From Cyanophora paradoxa CCMP329 (Eukaryota > Plantae > Glaucophyta), in the NCBI GenBank assembly GCA_004431415.1, contig QPMI01000463.1:1-49215 (forward strand): 49,215 nucleotides of DNA, in the 5' to 3' direction. The notes under the pieces were generated by a model, which saw nothing but the letters and a program-made list of their open reading frames with translations, made no database searches and was not told the origin of the DNA. Both the position numbers and the translations under genes were made by a program. Shown one piece after another: positions 1 through 9,412 of the stretch. The number at the start of each line of letters is the position of its first letter. Positions within the stretch are counted from its first letter, which is position 1.

Positions 1-2
1 CG

Positions 3-544
3 GAAGCGCTGATTGCTCTGTACGCGCCGCGATCGCGGCTCGAGAACGCGGGCAGCTCTGTCGAGGTGCGCGTTCTCGGGGACTGCCGGCCCCTTCCGGT
101 GGGCATCACTGATATGACAGGTGCGACCACGGTTGCATCGATGCCTTAAGCTTGTGCCCTAATCTAAACAGCGCAGGGCCTGTTAGATTGAAGATCTATG
201 TTTCAGAGACGTGGCAGACAGATCTTCTGGAGGCTGCGTACCGTGAACTCGTCCGCAGCACATACCACGCGCACCCTGATGCGCTGATGATGTATCGATA
301 CGACCCAGCAAGTCGGTGCTTCATTTACCTCGAGTTCTTTGCCGAGTACTTCGAGCCGGTGCAAGATATCTTTCCGTCTTCCCTCGATTTCTGATCATGA
401 TGCGGCATTCGCGAATTCACGCTTGCGCGTGCACAGAGGTCGAGTCCAGGGCCATCCCCGGATGATCTGTACTACGTCGCGAGGGATTCGGTGATCCCAG
501 AAGTCGAGCACGCGCCCTTCCTGGCGACCGTTTTCGGATCCTAG
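3..544 (+). CDS. 3' part of a host gene of unknown function with spliceosomal introns (exons <=120, 177..358, 437..544)
   Basis: Removing GT..AG introns 121..176 (56 nt) and 359..436 (78 nt) gives a continuous frame ...GSSVEVRVLGD..DMTGPVRLKIYVSETW..YFEP|RSSPGPSPDDLYYVARD..FGS*. This aligns with the paralogous domains at 888..1915, with introns at the same positions. Confidence 0.55.
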
Positions 545-887
545 CTATTGCCCGTTTCAAGGCCCCTAGCGGCCCGACAGCTGCATCTTATTCGAAGTCG
601 TGGCCGCCGGCGCCATGCACGCTATAGCTAGCCGCTGAGCGGAACAGAGATTCGAATTCGTCTGCGCAGAGATTGCTGTATTTTCTTAATTCGAATCCTT
701 TGCCGCAAATGAGCGTATCGGCCTTGGGACAACGCTGCCGCGGAGCGCTAGCGGTCGCATAAATCGAAGAGTTCGAATTCTCTAGAGAGCCATGTATGCG
801 AAAACCACTAGAGAATATACATGCTGGTCGAATTCGTATTCGAGACGAAGCCGGCGCCGTACGCGTAGTGCATCAGGAATAATGAAG

Positions 888-1915
888 CTAGCTAGCACTA
901 TACGTCGCCATTGAGCGGATGTTTTCCAGAGCAATCATGGCTCGCATTCGCGACAGGTAGTTCGAGGCCTGCGCTCGTTCTCCGGATCCCCGCGGGAACT
1001 GGTCGCCCGCGAGGTAGAAGAAATCACCCGGTGATGGTCCCTGAGGTTTCGATGTCTGTGCACATGCACGCGCACGCGTGAATTCGCGGATCCGGAAGCC
1101 GCATCAGAAATCATCGTCAGACGCAAAGAAAGCTTGCACCGGCCGCTCGAATCCACTGGTTTCTGGGTTGAACCAATACAGCGCTACATTGTTTTTCGGT
1201 ACGAGAAACTCGCTGCACGCCCGCGCCAGCAGCGCGTCCGGCCACGACCCCGAATCCGGATCATTGACTTGCACAAGATCTGCACAGGCCCATTAATTCT
1301 GTAAGAAATGTCTCTGAAACGGGATAAATGGGCACCTGACATAATTCTCCAATCGTCCGCTACAACATGCACCGCTACGGAGCTGTTTCCTTCATTAATA
1401 TTCTCGACTGGTGGCGTCGCGCGCAGACAAAGGAGTCCGCGCGTGTCGAGCGGTGGCGGCACGAGCGAAGTTATATCTAGAGCATCGCTGTTCTGCGTCG
1501 CTGCCGTCGCTGGTGCCTTTGAGAAACGGGCGGCCAATCTTGCCAGGTATCGTGCGGGCTCCGCTCCCGGCGGAAATTGGTCGCCCGTGAGGTAGAAGAG
1601 ATCGCCTGGAGATGGTCCCTGTGGTTTCGATGTCTGTGCGCATGCACGCGCACGCGTGAATTCGCGGAAGCCGCATCAGAAATCATCGTCAGACGCAAGG
1701 AACTTTCGCACCGGCCGCTCGAATCCATTGGTTTCTGGGTTGTACCAATACAGCGCTACATTGGATTTGGGCACGAAATACTCACGGCACACATCGGCCA
1801 CTAACGCTTCCGGCCACGACTCCGAAACATTGATCGTGAATCGCACAGCCATGCCTCGCACAGGAACTGCACAGGGGTTTTCTATGGTATGGCATCCTGG
1901 TCGCAAAAGCGACAA
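888..1915 (-). CDS. Host gene with two tandem copies of the same unknown domain; 5' end not defined
   Basis: Minus-strand GT..AG introns at 1634..1711, 1280..1335 and 1056..1139 join into ...SWPEALVADVCREYFVPKSNVALYWYNPETNGFERP|TSKPQGPSPGDLFYLTGDQFP... and ...SWPDALLARACSEFLVPKNNVALYWFNPETSGFERP|TSKPQGPSPGDFFYLAGDQFP...; stop at 888..890. Confidence 0.55.
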
Positions 1916-2285
1916 GTACCTTGCGTCTCTTCAGGGTCCTGGATGCCCCACGGGTAGTACCGCAAGTCCGCGAAAACGCTCACCTCGACGGAGCGGTTTG
2001 GCTCCGCCGACATCGCAGTAGCGATCGCCGAGACCGCCGCGCCTGAAGAAGCAGCCGACTGCCTACTCCGCTGTCGGAGCTGCCCCGCGCGAGAGACGCT
2101 CCTGTCAAGGGAGGCCGCACGGACGCACGCGCAAGGCCGCTATGGGTGCGGAAAGAAGGCCTCCGGCGCACCTTTTCGAGCGCCACGTGCCACGCTTCCA
2201 CGCCGACAGCACTTTGACCGCTTGCCACGCCGACAGCACTTGGACGCTAGCAGAACACAGCTCCAGATCCTGCGCTCCGGAAACC

Positions 2286-2344
2286 GCGACTTCGCCCCGG
2301 CAAGTTTGCCCCGGCGACTTTGCCCCGGCGACTTTGCCCGGGGG
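2286..2344. repeat. Short tandem repeat, ~14-bp unit (cgactttgccccgg) x4, degenerate
   Basis: Read directly from the sequence. Confidence 0.7.
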
Positions 2345-5300
2345 AACTACTCGCAGGGGGTACCCGTCCGACCACCGCACCAGCAAGGCTCCAACGGCGG
2401 CACCCGGCGGTCGGAGAACTAGCTAGAGCACGCGATCTAGCTAGCTAGAGGCGTTAGCACCGCCGGCTACCTCGGCGGCGCTCGGTCTGAGCGTTCGGTA
2501 CGCAACCATTGGCAGCCATCGGTCTCAAGAGCACCGATGTGGCAGCCGTACTTCGGTTGTAACGTAGCTGAAATCAATGCTTACCGCATTCAAAGCGCTG
2601 TGCGCTGCGCCCCAGCTCATAATGGTCGGGCCTGGGTGAAGTTGGCCGAGGTCGGGCCGCCCAACAACCTCCCCTTAAAAGCTGCAAATCGTCTCTAAAC
2701 GACCTTTTAGAACACTTGAACCAGTCAAGGCAGCCCGCATGCGTCGCTCTCTTGACGAGTTGTGCTCGCATCCACGACGGACCACAGAAGCTACCGGGCC
2801 ATCGGCGCTCAATGGATCCCATGCACTTATGCCTAGCTAAGCACATTTAGCACGGCAGCAGTGCTCCCCCGCGCGGCTTTCCTAGGTGGGGTAAAGACAG
2901 GTGTGGTAAAGTCAGCCCTAAGTGAGTGAAGTTGCAAGTTTACCATGTGGTAAACTTAATTCCTGGCTCCCAGTGTATGAGCTGGAAGCGGCGAAAACCG
3001 CCCCGGCCACGAGCTCGCTGAGCCCGCCGGGACACTGCTCTCACTGATTGAGCACCTGGCCCCGCGCGCGGGCCGGAATTCGAAGATTGAAATTTTCAAA
3101 GACGCACGCAGCGCGGCCGTGAGTTCAGGCCTTGAGCACCGCGAAAACGTCGGGCCGCAGCGCGAGCTCGAGCCTCGCTCCCGGCCCGCTTCATCAACGG
3201 AGCAACGGGACTTCGATGCCCGTGCCTGCAGTCCCCTCCGAGGCTGCGCCGCAGCCCTGAGCCTCGAGCCCGGACCCTGGCCAGCTGTAGCACGGACCGT
3301 CAGACAAGCCTCGATCGATGCATCGACGGCCCCGGCCCGTCAGCTGTAGCCACACAATTCGCGGGATGGTGACTGGCGAATTCGAAGCCACCGGACCGGG
3401 GTTCGAATTCGGGACGACCGTCGGACAGGCGCTCGGGGCCCCGGCCAGGCACTCGCAGAACCGCGCATGGCACTTGGACACCCGTCGATGCAGCTGCTGC
3501 CGTGCAGCCGGGCTGTGAATTCGAAAGCGCCGAGACAGGCATACGCATCCGCGCCGAGCCGCGCGCCGCGGCGCACTGCAACGCCGCGGCGAGGGTGGCT
3601 GAGCAGCGCTGGCAGCGCTATAGCTATATAGCCCGTCCATTGCAAGAGCAGTGCTGCAGCTGCCGTTCCGATTGGAACCCTGAGCACCGGCTCGCCCGGC
3701 CGCGGCAAACTCAGCGGCTCCCAGCGCCCGGCCTGACTGCACTAGCGCCAGCTGTGGCGCTAGCCTTGCCGCATTGCCGAAAGTTGGATCTTCGCACCAC
3801 GACATGGCCCTCGCAGCCTGCCCAGCGGCCCGCGAAACGCGATCGCACTGTGGCGAGGCGGTAGACCGGCGCATGCCATGATCATGATTATGAAGCAGCC
3901 AGCATGGGGTCCAACCCGCCTTAAGCTTGAGCTGGCGTTCACGTGCCGTGGCACTGCGGCACGCGCATGCCATCACACCGATCATGGTCCACGTGCGCGA
4001 AAATTGAACGCGCGCGGTCGCAGCGAGGCTCGGAAACTCGCTACTTACACCAAGCGATCGCGAGTCAAAACTCAGGCCTGCCCCGGCCTAGGCCGGCCGA
4101 CTACATTCAAAGGATTCCGAAATTCGAATTCGAACTTTTCGGAATTCGAATCGTTGAACTCGAAAGCACGCGCGCATGCGCACGCCGGCGCGGCGCAGGC
4201 CCAGCGACCAACGGACCGTCGGACCTCGACCGCGTCGAGATGCGATTCGCCTCGCATCGCCTGCAAGCAGAGCGCGGCGAATTTTGCAGAGCTCGAGCGC
4301 GGCGACTTCGCGACCCCCTACACGGCCCCCGGGGCCAGCAGCCCTGCACGGCCCCCAAGTTCGGCAATGCACCACGTGTGCCTTCAGCGTAGTGTGGCTC
4401 TGACGCGAAGTGCACGTGGCTACGGCCCAATCTCGCAATCGCGCTACGGCGATCCTGCGATCCAATCTCCGAGGCTCGCGATCACACTGCAACGCCGCGG
4501 CATGGAAACGAGCTCGCATTCTGCCCGGTGCCTCGGCGCACGCAGTTTCGCGCCACGGCGCAGACGCGGCGCCTGCCCCGTCACAGTGTTGCGCGGACAG
4601 GCCCGGGTTCCGTCTCGGTGCACGTGATCCTTGAGTTCGATACACTACTGAGCGATTTCGCTCCTGCGGCCGGCCCGGAATCTTATTCCCGGCAGTGGCG
4701 CGGCGGACCTTAAATTCTGCCCCGCAGCTTGGCCATTTGCGCACACAAATAAGCGTGGGACCGAACTCGATACAGTTATCGAGTTCGCACCCGACGGTGG
4801 CGACCCAGGATCTTATTCCCGGCAGTGGCGCATCCCGGAAGGTTTAGCCCGCAACGCCTAGCCCGCAGCCGCGAAACGTGGAAGCGCTGTCGCTGGCACG
4901 GGTCCTGACCAACGCCACAAGCCGCAGGCACACTGGCACATGCAGCCGATTGCAAGCGCTATGCTATGCAAAGCTTTTAAGCCGTGTTCGATTCCGAAAG
5001 CTTGACTGACGTACGTACACTCAAGCCTCGATCCCCTCGAGCTCGACGCTCGACGTGTTCGAGCCCGACAGAGCGGCACTCGATTTAATCGCAACTTGGC
5101 GAAACGACGAGCCCTTCGATGCGCCTGGCGTTTACGTATACATATACATATACGTAACCGGCCTCCGCAATCGCGATCGGCCACGCCCTGGGCCCAATTC
5201 AAACCGAAGACCCCCGTATCCGCGGGTCACGCGAGCTTGGATCGAGAAGAAAGCAGCTGCAGCTCGCGATCGGGAAAGAGAGACGGTCGTGGTTGTGCAT

Positions 5301-5526
5301 TGCCACGCCATGGCACCGTACTTTCGAGCTGCATTCGCGAATTTCTTCGGCGAATCACGCCGCCCCGATCCATTCACGCGCACGGACCCTCGTGGCTCCA
5401 GAGGGCCAGAGTTTTCGCAAATTCAAATGAAACCTCGAAGGTGGAGCACCGGGGACGGTGCTTCACCGAAGGGGGAGTGGTATCGAGAGCAGTTCGCTGT
5501 GCTACGGCTTCCGCTCTTCAGCGGAA

Positions 5527-5532
5527 GAGGAG
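5527..5532 (+). repeat. Left target-site duplication GAGGAG
   Basis: Immediately precedes the left TIR; identical to 29714..29719. Confidence 0.9.
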
Positions 5533-5901
5533 GCTCGCATGCAGGTAACCCCCACCAATTGCGCGCAAAAAAGCCGACCATGTCAATAAGCAGGTCTTAC
5601 ATCTCCCACAATTCTCAGTGCGAAAATCATAAATTCGCACTGAGCCACACTATATTTTTCAAACATCTAACCCTTCCTTACTGAAACCAATCACGAAACC
5701 CTTTAATTCTCCATTTTTCTAATTCCTTACCATTCTCAGTAAGCCCTTTAACCCTCCCCCAATCTCTCAGTAAGGACAGTAAGACCCTTATTTTTACGAA
5801 ATGTTCCCGATCGTTTCCAAACTGTTTTCAGTTACCCAAATTGAAAAATCCAGGTAGACCCCACCAATTAAACAAGTGATCCCCACTTAAAGACTTCCCG
5901 A

Positions 5902-6240
5902 ATGTATAATGTAACAATGGCAAGCAATCAAGTAAATCTACCTGAGACTAAGCGGTGCAATGTTTGCGACAAGGTAAAACCGGCATCGAGTTATGCATTG
6001 CAAAAGCGTAGCTCAGGGAATGTACTTTTGAATTGGAGATGCAAAGTTTGCGACCGAGACTATCACAATTACCTTTATCATTTCGTGTTAAAAACGCGTC
6101 CGAAGATCGAAGTACAATCGAAGATATGCTCGCACTGCAAGATTGAGAAGCTTGCAAGTGAGTTTAATAAAAGACAAAGAACGAAGGATGGTCTCAACTA
6201 TCAATGCCGAGAGTGTTATAGCAAAACTCGTAAGAGTTAA
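5902..6240 (+). CDS. Zinc-finger protein with two CxxC..CxxC modules, encoded inside the TIR
   Basis: KRCNVCDKVK..WRCKVC and KICSHCKIEK..F..DGLNYQCREC. This pattern resembles zinc ribbons found N-terminal to phage/NCLDV endonucleases. Confidence 0.75.
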   Translation: MYNVTMASNQVNLPETKRCNVCDKVKPASSYALQKRSSGNVLLNWRCKVCDRDYHNYLYHFVLKTRPKIEVQSKICSHCKIEKLASEFNKRQRTKDGLNYQCRECYSKTRKS

Positions 6241-6321
6241 ACCGAATTTCATTGTATATTTTTTAAAGCAAGTTTATGCATGAGCAAGCATGCCGAAAAT
6301 GCCCACCTGCACAAACTTGCG

Positions 6322-6387
6322 ACTTCAATCGAAATGTACTTCAATCGAAATGTACTTCAATCGAAATGTACGAATCGAAATGTACGA
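6322..6387. repeat. 16-bp tandem repeat (acttcaatcgaaatgt) x3 plus one variant, inside the TIR (mirrored at ~28859..28924)
   Basis: Read directly from the sequence. Confidence 0.85.
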
Positions 6388-6513
6388 TTAGCATATTTAC
6401 GACAAAGTACGACGATAGACCACGTTAAAATACACTCGCGCCCCGCCCACTATGCAAGATACATGCCTTTCTTATGCATGATCTATGAAAAATAACAATA
6501 AACCCATCTCTCT

Positions 6514-6777
6514 TTACATAGGAGCACTCACAGGAATTTCGCTTGCCTTTCGAACAGTCCCCCGATTAAACGCTTGCTCTACAATCGCTTCCTTTGTGAG
6601 TGGAATCGGAATTCCAGCACCAATACACGATTTAACTTCTTTGTCCACGATTTCATCCACAGCGATTCTCGCCCTATTATGAGCTACATTATCAATCCAT
6701 TCCTGAACAGAGAAGGCACAGTATTCCATTCCCAGTTTCTCGGTATCAGTTAGAACGACTTGGTAGATGTTCGACAT
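6514..6777 (-). CDS. Small phage-like protein downstream of the C1q fibre (putative fibre partner or chaperone)
   Basis: LTDTEKLGMEY..VQEWIDNVAHNRARIAVDEIV. From memory this resembles small proteins that follow C1q-tipped tail fibres in aquatic tailed phages. It lies 9 bp downstream of the fibre gene on the same strand. Confidence 0.7.
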   Translation of the reverse strand: MSNIYQVVLTDTEKLGMEYCAFSVQEWIDNVAHNRARIAVDEIVDKEVKSCIGAGIPIPLTKEAIVEQAFNRGTVRKASEIPVSAPM

Positions 6778-6786
6778 TCTTTTACT

Positions 6787-7809
6787 TTATGTAACAGAAA
6801 TTAATTCGCCCGACCAGAAACAATGGGCATTTGTTGTATAAGCATGTAGTGCTCCTGAGACCAATCTTATCTTTATGGAATCCCCCGCTACCAGATTAAT
6901 CATGCATTGCATTGAAATAGGTCTGAAAGAACTTGATGTTGAAGTCCCCCCAGAATACCCAAGCATTTCAACCCCTGCATATGTCCCGCTACCATTGATA
7001 AACCACTGAACAGCGGTGTCTGCTGTATTTCCAGTTGTTCCATTAAATATAAATCTATAAACACCACTCACAGGTGCTGTAAAGACACCACTCGAAAATG
7101 AAGTCGATGTAGCCCATGAATACCCCCATGCAGTGACATCCCCTGCTGTTGTAAGGGAAGCATTCAAACCATAACAAAACCGTGGATGGTTTGGAGTTGA
7201 AAGATATGAATTTGTCCCATTAATAGTGAACCCATTCCAGTTATAAGTGGTGCTATTGCTTGGTCTTGTGTAACTTGAAGCAAAGGTAGAAGCAATATTT
7301 GCACCGCCTCTCTTAATTACAAAATTATCACTTGCACCCACAGTATCAATTGAATTCGTTTTGATTCCACCACTTGCTGTTAGGAGCCCAGTAAATCCAC
7401 CAGTGGTTGCATTCACAGCCCCATAAGAAGTTGCTGTCACTGTCCCATTCACACTCAGTCCAGTCCCAATCCATGCCCCGCCACTGTAAACTTGGAAAGC
7501 CGCCGAATTCCTATCAGCCGGATTAAAAGCCGTTTTGGAATCCTGTTGACCTTCATATAGATTTTCTTTGGTGACCAGCCCCGAAGAGATTGCGGGTCGA
7601 TTCGATACGATCATTTGAGTAGCTTTAACGAGTCCATCAATCTTGTCAGCTCTGAGTTCTTTGACTCTGAGTATGCTTTGGTCATTAAAAGAATCGGTTT
7701 TCGCTGTCTCAGTCGAAGGGTGGCTCGGAGATAAATCATAGACTGTGTGTTGGACATTATGGACAGCACTTGCACTCAAAGAAAACACAGGCGTGAATAC
7801 AGTTGACAT
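6787..7809 (-). CDS. Fibre / receptor-binding protein with a C-terminal C1q/TNF-like head
   Basis: G/S/T-rich shaft followed by the C1q signature GVFTAPVSGVYRF...LVAGDSIKI...FWSGELI. Confidence 0.8.
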   Translation of the reverse strand: MSTVFTPVFSLSASAVHNVQHTVYDLSPSHPSTETAKTDSFNDQSILRVKELRADKIDGLVKATQMIVSNRPAISSGLVTKENLYEGQQDSKTAFNPADRNSAAFQVYSGGAWIGTGLSVNGTVTATSYGAVNATTGGFTGLLTASGGIKTNSIDTVGASDNFVIKRGGANIASTFASSYTRPSNSTTYNWNGFTINGTNSYLSTPNHPRFCYGLNASLTTAGDVTAWGYSWATSTSFSSGVFTAPVSGVYRFIFNGTTGNTADTAVQWFINGSGTYAGVEMLGYSGGTSTSSSFRPISMQCMINLVAGDSIKIRLVSGALHAYTTNAHCFWSGELISVT

Positions 7810-7830
7810 CTTTTGATTGTTCTTTACTTA

Positions 7831-9294
7831 TTAAGCGAGAATATTATTGTTTTGGAGAGGTCCGACAGCAATCCAATGGAGTTTAAGGGTGCGATTGCTT
7901 TGGATCACACTGTTATAATTGATGTCCGAGTAACAAGTGAATATCGCAATCCAAGTGAATTTATTTTTGAACCCAATGCGATTTCCGAACTGATATTCAG
8001 CAGAGAGATATATGCTATTGGTGAAATCGACACTTGTTAAAATAATACTGTTTTCGAGAGTAGCAGTAATTACAGGATCACTAAAAAATGGGGTTGAGAA
8101 TGTAACGGTTCCCGATACTGTGGTAAAATCCCCTTTGTAATAGACTCCGGCAGGAATTACTACATCCATTGTCCCTTGTTGCACATATGCATTTGGATTC
8201 ACATAACTACCGAAATTCGTGAGCAACTCGATGCTGTGATTGTGAGTAGGTGGCGAAGTGGGTGTGTTAATTAAATCGTCATAGTTCCCGCTTGTAGCCA
8301 CAGCATGCAAGTTTGGTGTATTAACTAAATCTGTATAGCTCCCACTTGTAGCCACAGCATGCAAGGTCGGTGCAATAGGGGTGTTAGTTAAATCGTTGTA
8401 GTCACCACTTGTGGCAACAGCATGCAAATTCGGCTTAGTAAATAACCTATCCCATGTCCCATTGAAAGGAAGTGTAGATTCTGATATAATTACACTTTGA
8501 TCAATCCAACGAGGTATATAGCTTGTGAAATCGGGAGTTCCTACTAAATCATAGTAATTTCCTGTGTATGCTACACTACTCCAAGTCGGCTTCTGAATGA
8601 TATCACTCCACTTCCCACTAAATCCCGCCGGCACATCTGTAAGCTCCTTATAGCTCACCTTTTGCTTCGGTATAGACAGCTCAATGGGTGAGAATGCACC
8701 AGAAAGGCGATTTTCAGAGGTGAAATACATAAGACTTTGACTGTTAGGGAACTCATCCACGAGATTAAAGGTGAAATTCGTGGGCAATTCGAGTCGACTA
8801 ATTGGGGTGTTGTCGCCCAATATAAATTCGGCACCTGTATGCACGACCGGGTTTCTTTGGATATACATATTTGATGCACCTATTACAGGTGCCACAATAG
8901 GCACATCCGAATTAACGAGATTGCAAGTGATGGAGAAAATGGTTTTGGGGGCAAACAGATTGCAATCAAAGGTTATCGTGGCGGGATCAATAGTAGGATC
9001 GACATTTGAACAGATCTGAAACATCCACCCACCCACACAGTTGCAATTTAGATTTCGAAAGGCTGTGCCTGCCATCGCATCCACATAGCCGATCCCATTT
9101 GCAATGTCATAGATGTGACCAAACTCGTAACCGAAAAGGTCATTCCATAGGTTAGAAGCCATAGCTCCCATCACATAGCCTTTTAGATTAACAATTAGGT
9201 CATTGGATTCACTGGGTATATTGGCATGGGTTATATAAAATTGATTATCCAATACAGCATTCTTTACTGTCGTTTCTACTATGGGTTCCGTCAT
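7831..9294 (-). CDS. Fibre protein with phage-tail-fibre-like repeats
   Basis: Three LHAVATSG(D/S/N)YxDLxNTP repeats plus degenerate copies; C-terminal GTVTFSTPFFSDPVITAT...LHWIAVG motif (gp53-like / H-type-lectin-like). Confidence 0.75.
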   Translation of the reverse strand: MTEPIVETTVKNAVLDNQFYITHANIPSESNDLIVNLKGYVMGAMASNLWNDLFGYEFGHIYDIANGIGYVDAMAGTAFRNLNCNCVGGWMFQICSNVDPTIDPATITFDCNLFAPKTIFSITCNLVNSDVPIVAPVIGASNMYIQRNPVVHTGAEFILGDNTPISRLELPTNFTFNLVDEFPNSQSLMYFTSENRLSGAFSPIELSIPKQKVSYKELTDVPAGFSGKWSDIIQKPTWSSVAYTGNYYDLVGTPDFTSYIPRWIDQSVIISESTLPFNGTWDRLFTKPNLHAVATSGDYNDLTNTPIAPTLHAVATSGSYTDLVNTPNLHAVATSGNYDDLINTPTSPPTHNHSIELLTNFGSYVNPNAYVQQGTMDVVIPAGVYYKGDFTTVSGTVTFSTPFFSDPVITATLENSIILTSVDFTNSIYLSAEYQFGNRIGFKNKFTWIAIFTCYSDINYNSVIQSNRTLKLHWIAVGPLQNNNILA

Positions 9295-9412
9295 TATTTC
9301 TCTATTATGGCATACTACAAAAATTAGGATCGCTACATAACATTTGGAACATGTTCATATATTCTCCCTTCTCGCTGTGCCATTTCCGCCATAAAGTCTG
9401 CATTATCTTTTA

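Larger units (their letters stand above)
5533..6466 (+). repeat. Left terminal inverted repeat (934 bp)
   Basis: Starts GCTCGCATGCAGGTAACCCCCACC. It is the reverse complement of 28773..29713, apart from a 7-bp duplication (actcgcg) in the right copy. The ORFs inside the two copies translate identically over the shared region. Confidence 0.95.

Noticed and set aside
4113-4165. Cluster of TTCGAA/GAATTC words resembling heat-shock elements
   Set aside because: These words are common throughout the host flank and there is no defined downstream gene, so a regulatory call is unsupported.
1980-5500. Numerous overlapping 60-260-aa ORFs in the left GC-rich flank
   Set aside because: Arg/Ala/Pro-rich translations in all frames, as expected from high GC; no recognisable motifs.
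6280-6495. 71-aa ORF MSKHAENAHL (and its mirror at 28751..28966)
   Set aside because: It runs through the 16-bp repeats and its C-terminus differs between the two TIR copies; probably non-coding.
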